Positions 10,501 to 18,405 of a stretch of DNA of 32,097 nt are shown here, in pieces. Location: positions 1 to 32,097 of the IMG/VR virus record IMGVR_UViG_3300017777_007518. One strand, 5' to 3'. The notes under the pieces were generated by a model that made no database searches, was not told the origin of the DNA, and worked only from the letters and a program-made list of their open reading frames with translations. The translations under genes and the position numbers were made by a program. This stretch comes from a virus. Lineage: Duplodnaviria; Caudoviricetes. Numbering within the stretch: the stretch's first letter is position 1; each line of letters starts with the position of its first letter.

Positions 10501-10563
10501 GATAGCAGCGTATTGCTTGAATCACCTAACACGTTGAACAAGACGGAAAATACAGATGAGTAA
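7540..10563 (+). CDS. Portal protein (T4 gp20-like), intein-containing precursor (about 630 aa after splicing)
   Basis: [66 protein letters not shown] and [8 protein letters not shown].RIQ motifs; lies directly after terL. Confidence 0.95.
   Translation: [1007 protein letters not shown]
7762..8892 (+). mobile_element. Intein (377 aa) with an HNH homing endonuclease, inserted in the portal
   Basis: Starts [10 protein letters not shown], has block B LTPDH and ends [20 protein letters not shown] followed by +1 Thr. Internal HNH motif EHRLIAE...[17 protein letters not shown]...HLAYH. The exteins rejoin as EMEA|[9 protein letters not shown]. Confidence 0.93.
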
Positions 10564-11392
10564 CCCCCACAATAAAAAAAGAAACGTTGGAATTATCTAC
10601 GAGCAGCTGCTGCAACGAGCTGCGGCTGCTCTTGTAGATAATGATACTCGAACTGTCGAGCTTTGTACATCAATCATTAAGAAGTATTACAAGCCAGGAA
10701 CAGAAATTTTTAAGGAGTTTAGACTCTTTCAAGCGCTGTTGAACACAACAATAAAATCAGAGGCGTTAAGCTTACGAATAATTCAAGAAGCCAAACGCGG
10801 TGTTCATATGTTTTCTCAACATCAAATTGATATTGAAAAATCGTTAATGATACGTGATATTAACAAACGTCTAAATGAGCCAAATTTTTTCAATCTTCCA
10901 ATAAAAGAATATCGTCTTTATGCAACACTTCAGACGCTTATGAACGATTGGCGCAAAGAGGACGAAACATCTCTTACACGTATTGTTGAATATGAACAAA
11001 AACTATTAGAATGGCTTAGTTCTGATAAAAATATAACACCGTCATTAAATGAGCTTACAACTAAGGATGTGTCCTCGTTATCTGTTAAACTTATGAATGA
11101 AAAGTTTGAGAAAAAATGGGGCGGTAAGCTTAGCGAATTGCAGCGTTCATTAATCAAAGACTATATTCACGGCAAAGTTGATAATGAAATGCTAGAAACA
11201 ATAAAGAATCGCGCAGTTCGTGGTCTTAGTAGATTACGAGAATCAGCAAGCAACTCAGTAATTTTAGAAAAGCTTGATGAAGTTGTAGAAAGAACAAAAC
11301 ACATTGACGCGCGCACGCTTGACGACGCTGGCATTATAAAGTTTATGCATCTAACGCAACTTTTCCAAGAGCTGGAGTCAAAAGATGAGTGA
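10556..11392 (+). CDS. Hypothetical head-module protein between portal and protease
   Basis: 278 aa, predicted helical, begins PHNKKRNVGIIYEQL; overlaps both neighbours by 8 nt. Confidence 0.8.
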   Translation: MSNPHNKKRNVGIIYEQLLQRAAAALVDNDTRTVELCTSIIKKYYKPGTEIFKEFRLFQALLNTTIKSEALSLRIIQEAKRGVHMFSQHQIDIEKSLMIRDINKRLNEPNFFNLPIKEYRLYATLQTLMNDWRKEDETSLTRIVEYEQKLLEWLSSDKNITPSLNELTTKDVSSLSVKLMNEKFEKKWGGKLSELQRSLIKDYIHGKVDNEMLETIKNRAVRGLSRLRESASNSVILEKLDEVVERTKHIDARTLDDAGIIKFMHLTQLFQELESKDE

Positions 11393-12482
11393 AAAAATAA
11401 TGACGTTGCTCACAGAGTGGGCTCCATTTGCGTATGACACAAAATCAATAAAAGAAAGTCGTGAGCAAAACGGCGGCAAATTGATGATGAAAGGCATTTT
11501 GCAAAAAGCAGAAACTCTAAATCAAAATGGGCGGTTGTATCCAAAGGACATTCTTGAGAGAGAAGTTAGAAACTATCAAAAGTTTATTCGTGAAAACAGG
11601 GCACTCGGCGAATGCGTAGACGCTGAGACAGCAATTCACACAAAACGTGGCTGGACATCTATTGTTGATGTCAAAGAAGGCGATGTTGTCTTCACATTAA
11701 ATCTTGAAACAAACAAAATAGAAGAGCAGCCTGTTCTTCATAAGACTGACACATTTTATGAAGGAGAAATGCTTCATTTTATGAACGATGGCAGCTTAGA
11801 TATGATGCTGACACCAGATCATAAATTTTTGCTTTGGGACAGAAAAAATTTGCCAAGCTATCTGCCTGCTTCAAAGGTCGCAGATTTAGCTAGCGACAAA
11901 AGTTCATGGTTGTCTCATTCATATCTTCGTTATGACGGAGACTGGAACATAGACAACGATGAAAAAACAATCAGTCTTGACACTCGCTTTTTAAAAATTG
12001 ATAAGGTTGATTATAAAGACAAGGTCTATTGTGTAACAACACAAAACGGAAACTGGCTAGCCCGCAGAAACGGAGAAGCGTTTTGGACAGGAAATTGTGA
12101 TCATCCGGAGAGCTCAGTTGTTGAGCTCAAAAAAGTAAGTCACATCGTTAGAGAAGCGCATATGGAAGGCAACACATGCTTTGGAACAGTCGAGATTCTT
12201 GACACACCATGCGGAAAAATCCTGCAAAGTCTTGTCGAAGCAGGTGTAACACTCGGGATTTCATCACGTGGTGTAGGGTCTGTAAAGAAGTCAGGCGATC
12301 ATCAGATTGTTCAAGATGATTTTCAGCTAATCTGTTGGGATTTTGTTTCTGAGCCAAGCACACCTGGCGCGTTTATGATGCGCGAAGGTATTCAAGTAAG
12401 ATCGTCTGATCTTGCAAGAACATTTAATAAAAGTGACAGAATCGATAGAATATTTAACGATATTCTAACATGGAAGAAATAA
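11385..12482 (+). CDS. Prohead core protease (T4 gp21-like), intein-containing precursor (about 204 aa after splicing)
   Basis: GILQKAETLNQNGRLYP, RALGE|CDHP (catalytic His), VSH, GISSRG (catalytic Ser) and WDFVSEPSTPGA. Confidence 0.95.
   Translation: MSEKIMTLLTEWAPFAYDTKSIKESREQNGGKLMMKGILQKAETLNQNGRLYPKDILEREVRNYQKFIRENRALGECVDAETAIHTKRGWTSIVDVKEGDVVFTLNLETNKIEEQPVLHKTDTFYEGEMLHFMNDGSLDMMLTPDHKFLLWDRKNLPSYLPASKVADLASDKSSWLSHSYLRYDGDWNIDNDEKTISLDTRFLKIDKVDYKDKVYCVTTQNGNWLARRNGEAFWTGNCDHPESSVVELKKVSHIVREAHMEGNTCFGTVEILDTPCGKILQSLVEAGVTLGISSRGVGSVKKSGDHQIVQDDFQLICWDFVSEPSTPGAFMMREGIQVRSSDLARTFNKSDRIDRIFNDILTWKK
11613..12095 (+). mobile_element. Mini-intein (161 aa, no endonuclease) in the prohead protease
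   Basis: Starts CVDAETAIHTKRGW, has block B LTPDH and ends VYCVTTQNGNWLARRNGEAFWTGN followed by +1 Cys. Removal restores RALGE-CDHP. Confidence 0.92.
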
Positions 12483-12485
12483 CAA

Positions 12486-12953
12486 ATGGCATCAATGACA
12501 AGAAGCGAACTAAAAGACATTGTAAAAGAGTGCATCATGGAGGTGCTTCTTGAAGGTTTGGACGCAAGCGCAAAACCGACGCCGACAAGACAAACGGAGC
12601 AAGTAAGACGTGGTCCTACACCTGCACCAGCAAAGCGGGCTTCTGACACTTCATTTTCTGCTGGCGCAAATAAAATCGCAAATCAAGCGCAAGGCAGACG
12701 GCAAGAACTACCACCGGCAGTGACAGCTCTTGCATCTGAGTTTCATGGCGAACAGCGTAATGTTATGCAGCAAATTTTTGAAGATACTGCAAGAAACACG
12801 CTACCATCGCAAATAAATGCAGATCGGTCACCAGGGGCTGCTTTGGCAGACAGAGCAGACTCAATGTCATCTGCTTCTGATATAGATCCAATGTCGCTTT
12901 TTGAAGGAGCTTCAAATTGGGCAGAGCTTGCATTCTCTTCTAAAAATAACTGA
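12486..12953 (+). CDS. Hypothetical protein, probable internal head/prohead core protein
   Basis: N-terminal ELKDIVKECIMEVLLEG helix with (I/L)xE-type sites; located in the head module. Confidence 0.75.
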   Translation: MASMTRSELKDIVKECIMEVLLEGLDASAKPTPTRQTEQVRRGPTPAPAKRASDTSFSAGANKIANQAQGRRQELPPAVTALASEFHGEQRNVMQQIFEDTARNTLPSQINADRSPGAALADRADSMSSASDIDPMSLFEGASNWAELAFSSKNN

Positions 12954-12972
12954 TATATTTTCATTAGACGAG

Positions 12973-12979
12973 ATATTTA
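12973..12979 (+). promoter_or_regulatory. Putative late promoter ATATTTA
   Basis: Recurrent intergenic motif, followed by GGAG at 12998 and ATG at 13007. Confidence 0.55.
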
Positions 12980-13006
12980 CGATTAGAATCCCATTTTGGA
13001 GTAATA

Positions 13007-13330
13007 ATGTCTGACAACGTAATCAATCTTACCCCCGCCCTCCTTCGTAGAATCATCAACGAGGAGAGACAAATACTTGACGAGAAGCGTGCGCGCGCAA
13101 AAAAGAAGGCTCGCGCAGCTGGCAAATCACCATCTGGCATTCCAGCTGATATTAGTAAGACAGCAAAGCAGACCCGCGAGGTGCCTGCAAAGGATCTTGC
13201 TAGCACAGTTCCTGAAGCTGTTGCCCATTATAAGAAGCTAAAGGAGACTGCAGCTCGTCTTGCACAACAACTCTCAGAGATTAATGAAGCAAGTCAAGAG
13301 CTTCGTGCTCAGATCCTTGAGCAGCTCTAA
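13007..13330 (+). CDS. Hypothetical coiled-coil protein, probable prohead core protein
   Basis: GGAG ribosome-binding site; LTPALLRRIINEERQILDE leader with repeated (I/L)xE sites. Confidence 0.75.
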   Translation: MSDNVINLTPALLRRIINEERQILDEKRARAKKKARAAGKSPSGIPADISKTAKQTREVPAKDLASTVPEAVAHYKKLKETAARLAQQLSEINEASQELRAQILEQL

Positions 13331-13360
13331 TCGACATAGCTAAGAGTAGGAGAGAACAAA

Positions 13361-13888
13361 ATGTCTGGAAAATATCCCTTAATCGAAGACACGGCGAAAA
13401 CACGCTCTAGAGTAACGTTGTCACCCGGCGTGACTAACCCACTTTCAACATCAGATTATGGAACATTAAGCAAAATATTTCCAAATTCCCCAATCTATGT
13501 TGAGACAAACGACACCTATCGTGTGGACGCAAAAAAAGCATTATCACCAGATTTACAAACAGGCGACGGGGATCAGTTCCCAGACCCTGTTGATCTTAAC
13601 TTTGGCAAAGCACCAGCGCTGCCAGTTGATCAAGCTGACTTTGAAGGTGCGTATTATCCAAACCTGATTGCTAATCCAGATCCAGCTGGTGGTGAAGGTA
13701 CTTCTGCAGGTAGCACAGTGGTTCCAAATGATAACTTTGGCACCGGCGCAACGGCAGGGTCAAATAAAGGGCCTGCAACTTCAGCAAGCATGATTTCTGA
13801 AACTGACACAATATCGGCCCCATCTGTTGGAACAACTTTAGGTCAGAGCGCAGCGCAACCTGAATTTCCCGGTGCTTTAGCATCCTGA
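13361..13888 (+). CDS. Hypothetical Pro/Gly/Thr-rich virion protein
   Basis: AGGAG ribosome-binding site with ATAGCTA upstream (13336); located in the head module. Confidence 0.75.
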   Translation: MSGKYPLIEDTAKTRSRVTLSPGVTNPLSTSDYGTLSKIFPNSPIYVETNDTYRVDAKKALSPDLQTGDGDQFPDPVDLNFGKAPALPVDQADFEGAYYPNLIANPDPAGGEGTSAGSTVVPNDNFGTGATAGSNKGPATSASMISETDTISAPSVGTTLGQSAAQPEFPGALAS

Positions 13889-13899
13889 ACAAGGCAATA

Positions 13900-14493
13900 A
13901 TGTCTCGGCAATTTCGCCTAAAAATTCTAGAAGCCAACAATCCAAACTATGATTCCCGCACCGGCCTTGGATATGGCACGGACGGGGGTCGCTTTGTTCC
14001 TTGGAAAAATGCAACAACGTTTCCATATGCAGAACCACCTCTAAATGATGTCGACGACGAAGAAGAATACGACAACAAAAACGACGTTGAAACGCAAATT
14101 GCAATAGCAAATAAATCAGGAAGCGGACACACTCCCTGGGATCAATGGCTTCGTGGCGTTGACAGATTTTCATTTGCTGGTGCAGCAACAAATATTGGAC
14201 AAATGGGAGAACAAATAACAGGCAGAAGCCTATCTCCAATACCAAATCTTTATAAAAATAAAGAAGCTGCTCTTGGCGCAGGCGCAGATGGACCTTCAAT
14301 TAGGCCAACGCCTGCACGCATTTCGTTTGCTGGATCAAAAGCAGGATATTCTAGTGCCCTTCCGTTACATGACCTTGGCGGCGATGAACCGGCTTATACA
14401 CTCGAAGAAATACCGGCACGTGATGATTTAACGATGACAAGACTAAGAAGATTAATAAGAGCGATTCATTTACAACAAAATGATGCCAAATGA
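13900..14493 (+). CDS. Hypothetical protein
   Basis: 197 aa, co-oriented and tightly spaced; AAGG upstream. Confidence 0.7.
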   Translation: MSRQFRLKILEANNPNYDSRTGLGYGTDGGRFVPWKNATTFPYAEPPLNDVDDEEEYDNKNDVETQIAIANKSGSGHTPWDQWLRGVDRFSFAGAATNIGQMGEQITGRSLSPIPNLYKNKEAALGAGADGPSIRPTPARISFAGSKAGYSSALPLHDLGGDEPAYTLEEIPARDDLTMTRLRRLIRAIHLQQNDAK

Positions 14494-14504
14494 CTAAGAG
14501 CGAC

Positions 14505-14511
14505 ATAGTTA
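14505..14511 (+). promoter_or_regulatory. Putative late promoter ATAGTTA (scaffold gene)
   Basis: CGACATAGTTA at 14501 nearly duplicates CGACATAGCTA at 13332; AGGA ribosome-binding site follows. Confidence 0.55.
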
Positions 14512-14534
14512 TTTGAGCGTAGGAATAATAAAAG

Positions 14535-16334
14535 ATGACTAACCTGTATGATGAAGCAATCGCTGATGCTAGATCTCTAAAAGAGATGGCGGAGCGAAAC
14601 GCAAGAAACAAGATCATCGAATCTATCACCCCTCGTATTCGTAGGTTGGTGGAGCGCCAGATTCTTGCAGAACAAGAAGACGAAGAGATACCTAATCTTG
14701 ATTTAGACGCGCCACCAGATGACGTTGAAACAGACGATTTTGGTGCAGTTGACCCGTTCGCCCAACCAGCGCTTGGAGCACCAATGACCGGTGCACCTCC
14801 TGTCTCTTCCCCAATAACACCAGATAACGGCGAAGAAGTTACGCATACAGTAACAACAAAGACTGCATCTGGCACAGAAGTCAAAATCAACGTTCGCGTT
14901 GACAAGCACGGCGAAGCGTCTGCAACTACGGAAACTGGAAAAATCGATGATGAGGACGACGAAGAGATCACTCTTAATAAGGAAGGCCTCAACGCACTTG
15001 CTAATATGATACTTGGCGAAAAGAAGCGTGATCGTCCATCTTTAGGCCAAATCAGAAGGCAGTTTGAGTCGTTAAAGCGTCTGTCTACGACCATTCCACT
15101 GACCGAAAGCACAAATTTTAAGGCAGCATATTCAATTTTAGTAAAAAACACACACCAATTTCACGATCATATTATATCTAATGGTGGAACTCCTGAAATT
15201 AGGAGAAATTTTAACAGCATTATCAAGGAGATTTTAAAAATGTCAACTAGCACAAGATTTCGTCGTTTAGTAGAAGAGATGGACGGAAAGTCAAGACTTC
15301 GTCGCGAGGCAAAGCTTGTTTTTGAGCCAGCTGACCTTGAAGGTCTCGATGACGAAGATTTCAAGGAAAAACTAAAAGGTATGTCCTTTGGCGTTGAATT
15401 TGGCGTTGAGGAAGAGCCTGGCGCTGGCAGCGAGATGCCAGTTGATGTTGCTGACGACAGCGGTGCCGCTGCACCTTCCCCTGCGCCCCCTGCACCTTCA
15501 GAGAGCGACGACATGATGGACGAAGACGACGACATGATGGACGAAGACGACGACATGATGGACGAAGGCTACGACGATGACGACGACAGCCCTTATCCGC
15601 CTTACAAAAGCGAGTTTGGCGGCGACGAGGACGAAGACGAGGACGACGACGACGACGACTTGATTGGACGTGGACGTGGACGTGAACGTTCCTTCAACGT
15701 TGACGAGTCAATGCTTCGTCGTGAGCTTACACGTCTGCGCGAAGCAAAAGGCAAGCATGCAAAAGGCGGTATCAAGGACGCAAAGTCCAGTTCATTTGGC
15801 GGTGGTAAGATCATGGATCTTCCTACAGAGCTGAACAAGCACAGCAGAAACGAGCGTGCTACAAAGAAAGTTGCTGAGAAGGCGCTAAAGGTTGCTCAAT
15901 CAGCAACCAAGGCGGCTCAAGATGAACGTAAGGCAAGAGTCGAGGAGACACGGATTAATCGTGCGCTTAAGACAAAGCTAACCGAGTCAGAGAACTCGAA
16001 CAACGCATTACGTGAGCAGTTAGAAGAGGTTAATCTTTTCAACGCGAAGCTTCTATATGTTAATAAGCTTATGCAGAATCGAGACCTATCAGCTCGTCAG
16101 CAACGCGCGATTGTCGAGTCACTCGACGCCGCAAAGACAGTAAGAGAAGCAAAGCTTCTTTACACAAGCTTGACTGAATCTCTTAAGTCAAAGTCAGGTA
16201 CAACTATGAATGAGAGTCGTATTCTTGGTTCATCTTCCAGATCAACGAGATCAGGTAGCGCAAGCAATCTGAATGAATCCGTTGAGGCAGATCGCTGGGC
16301 GATTCTTGCAGGCATTAACGTAAAGGGCGAATGA
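14535..16334 (+). CDS. Prohead core scaffold protein (gp22-like role)
   Basis: Immediately upstream of the major capsid gene. LYDEAIADA..LKE start, very acidic low-complexity middle, C-terminal coiled coil EVNLFNAKLLYVNKL and RWAILAGI end; many (I/L)xE sites. Confidence 0.8.
   Translation: MTNLYDEAIADARSLKEMAERNARNKIIESITPRIRRLVERQILAEQEDEEIPNLDLDAPPDDVETDDFGAVDPFAQPALGAPMTGAPPVSSPITPDNGEEVTHTVTTKTASGTEVKINVRVDKHGEASATTETGKIDDEDDEEITLNKEGLNALANMILGEKKRDRPSLGQIRRQFESLKRLSTTIPLTESTNFKAAYSILVKNTHQFHDHIISNGGTPEIRRNFNSIIKEILKMSTSTRFRRLVEEMDGKSRLRREAKLVFEPADLEGLDDEDFKEKLKGMSFGVEFGVEEEPGAGSEMPVDVADDSGAAAPSPAPPAPSESDDMMDEDDDMMDEDDDMMDEGYDDDDDSPYPPYKSEFGGDEDEDEDDDDDDLIGRGRGRERSFNVDESMLRRELTRLREAKGKHAKGGIKDAKSSSFGGGKIMDLPTELNKHSRNERATKKVAEKALKVAQSATKAAQDERKARVEETRINRALKTKLTESENSNNALREQLEEVNLFNAKLLYVNKLMQNRDLSARQQRAIVESLDAAKTVREAKLLYTSLTESLKSKSGTTMNESRILGSSSRSTRSGSASNLNESVEADRWAILAGINVKGE
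15507..15567 (+). repeat. In-frame 21-bp tandem repeat, about 2.9 copies, encoding DDMMDED
   Basis: GACGACATGATGGACGAAGAC at 15507 and 15528, with a partial copy at 15549. Confidence 0.9.
15666..15689 (+). repeat. 6-bp in-frame repeat (GGACGT)x3 plus GAACGT, encoding GRGRGRER
   Basis: Seen directly in the sequence. Confidence 0.8.
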
Positions 16335-16392
16335 AGTTTCACTCGTCACCTAATTAAATTTTAACAAACATTCCGTATTGGAGATAAAGAAA

Positions 16393-18261
16393 ATGTCAAA
16401 GACTTTTACCCTTGATCAGCTCGCCGAAGGCATTCGCGGGCGTGATATCGGCGCTGAAAACAGTCGCCTTGTTGAGAAGTGGAGCCGCACCGGACTCCTC
16501 CGTGGCCTTGCTGGCGTGAATCGCGAGAATATGTCTCGCCTTCTTGAGAACCAGACTGCGAACCTTCTTCGTGAATCTAACTCAATGTCATCAGGTGGTG
16601 GCAGCACCTCTGGCGCCGGCGATATCCGTGGTTTTTCGAACATTGCATTCCCAATCGTTCGTCGCGTTTTCGGTGGTCTTGTTGCCAACGAGTTGGTGTC
16701 AATTCAGCCAATGAGCCTGCCTTCAGGCTTGCTTTTCTATCTAGATTATACCTACGGTAGCGACCGCGGCGGAAAATCAGGCGTTGACGGAACTCCCGGC
16801 TCGTCAGTGTCAACCTACACTGCTGGTCAGTCAATCTACAACAGCCCAGTCGGTAAGGGCGTTCAGAGTGGATCTCTTGCAACTGGTGGTATGTACGATC
16901 TAGTAGGTTCCGGCTACTCACGTGTTCATGGTGCAACAAACGTTGTGCTTACAGCATCTGGTGCATTCGGTGGTTCTAGTACATTCGCAGACACCAAGTT
17001 CGCGCATGCATCAGGCACTGACGGACGTCTTCTTGGCTTTGATCCTAAGGTCACAAGCATCATTGAGGGCGGTACAGCTGGTGTTGCGACTGCACAGTTC
17101 AAGTTTGTTGTTGTTGCACTTGGCACAATTTCAAGCTCAGCTGATCAGACTCTTGCCAAGGATTTTGCTCTCTTCCCCCAGTCATCTTACGCCAGCGCGG
17201 CGGCTTGGGGCGAGCAATTCCAAGGCGGAACTGGTATCCTTAACCTTCGCAGACTTAATCAGGTCGGTGTTTGGGACGGTTCAGCATTTACAGCGACTCC
17301 ACTCTCAGGTACGCATCTTCTTGCGGTTGTGACTGGCACAATGGCTGCTGATGCGGCTTCAGCCATGATGCTCAGTTATCCTCAGAGCTCAGCTCTAGAC
17401 GTAGAGAGCTCATCTGGTTCAACGGTCACAATCCCAGTGTTTGAGTCTAACTTCGGTTCAACTCCTTCGCCTGTGATTCCAGAGATTGACATCAAGATCG
17501 AGAGCATCGCCGTTACCGCGACAACCCGCAAGCTGCGTGCTCGCTGGTCACCAGAGCTCGCACAGGACCTGAACGCTTACCACAGCATCGACGCTGAGGT
17601 TGAGCTTACTCAGATCCTTTCTGAGCAGATTGCCCTTGAGCTTGACCGCGAGATCTTGAACGACCTGCTTACCCAGGCTGCTGGCGCAAACTACTTCTGG
17701 TCACGTGCACCTGGTCGTTTCGTTAATAAGACCAACGGCAACGAGATCACTCGTGCAAGCAGCCTTCAACCAGGCCCTAACTTCACAGGCACTGTTCGTG
17801 AGTGGTACGAGACCCTTGTCGAGACCATCATCGACGTTGGCAATGAGATTCACCGCAAGACCCTCCGCGGAAGTGCGAACTTCATTGTTATCGGCCCTGA
17901 TGTGGCGACAATACTTGAGGCCGGGACCTATTACCGCCCCAGCTACTCAATCGACGGTTCAGGTCAGGTTGGCGCGCCATTCTCAATTGGCGCTGAGAAG
18001 GTCGGGACCCTTAGCAACCGTTTCACGGTCTACAAGGACCCCTACTTCCCCCGTAACAAGATCCTTATCGGATTCAAGGGCGGTTCATACCTGGAGACTG
18101 GTTATGTCTATGCTCCTTACGTGCCACTGATTGTCACACCAACAATATTTGCTCCAGAGGATTTCACCCCTCGCAAGGGCGTTATGACTCGCTACGGCAA
18201 GAAAATGGTGCGCAGCGACTTCTACGGAACTGTGACCGTGCTTGACCTAAACATCATCTAA
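16393..18261 (+). CDS. Major capsid protein (T4 gp23-like)
   Basis: FPIVRRVFGGLVANELVSIQPM..PSGLLFYL, TRKLRARWSPELAQDL.AYHSIDAE.EL, YAPYVPL and MTRYG motifs. GGAG at 16380 favours the ATG at 16393 over the TTG at 16378. CTAATTA motif at 16350. Confidence 0.97.
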   Translation: MSKTFTLDQLAEGIRGRDIGAENSRLVEKWSRTGLLRGLAGVNRENMSRLLENQTANLLRESNSMSSGGGSTSGAGDIRGFSNIAFPIVRRVFGGLVANELVSIQPMSLPSGLLFYLDYTYGSDRGGKSGVDGTPGSSVSTYTAGQSIYNSPVGKGVQSGSLATGGMYDLVGSGYSRVHGATNVVLTASGAFGGSSTFADTKFAHASGTDGRLLGFDPKVTSIIEGGTAGVATAQFKFVVVALGTISSSADQTLAKDFALFPQSSYASAAAWGEQFQGGTGILNLRRLNQVGVWDGSAFTATPLSGTHLLAVVTGTMAADAASAMMLSYPQSSALDVESSSGSTVTIPVFESNFGSTPSPVIPEIDIKIESIAVTATTRKLRARWSPELAQDLNAYHSIDAEVELTQILSEQIALELDREILNDLLTQAAGANYFWSRAPGRFVNKTNGNEITRASSLQPGPNFTGTVREWYETLVETIIDVGNEIHRKTLRGSANFIVIGPDVATILEAGTYYRPSYSIDGSGQVGAPFSIGAEKVGTLSNRFTVYKDPYFPRNKILIGFKGGSYLETGYVYAPYVPLIVTPTIFAPEDFTPRKGVMTRYGKKMVRSDFYGTVTVLDLNII

Positions 18262-18296
18262 CTTAACCATCTGGTTACTACCAGATAGATAGTGTT

Positions 18297-18330
18297 GTGG
18301 GCCATTCTTAACGGAATGGCCCACTTTTTT
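18297..18330 (+). terminator. Rho-independent terminator after the major capsid gene
   Basis: Perfect 11-bp stem GTGGGCCATTC / GAATGGCCCAC, 6-nt loop and T6 tail. A smaller hairpin ATCTGGT/ACCAGAT lies upstream at 18269-18286. Confidence 0.9.
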
Positions 18331-18405
18331 ATGTTTATTTACTTAAATATAATCTTAATCATAAAGATATTTCGTGTTATACTTATCATGAAAAGGCATC
18401 ATGAC

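Noticed and set aside
14351-15151. 266-aa minus-strand ORF and the other minus-strand or alternate-frame ORFs in the track
   Set aside because: They overlap well-supported + strand genes, lack recognisable motifs and ribosome-binding sites, and are best explained as codon-bias shadows.
15507-15567. Repeat considered as a mini CRISPR array
   Set aside because: No spacers, in-frame coding repeat, and no cas genes in the window.
18292-18405. Hydrophobic N-terminal extension of the endonuclease ORF, resembling a transmembrane segment
   Set aside because: It is translated terminator and AT-rich promoter sequence. The start is more likely 18388 or 18406.
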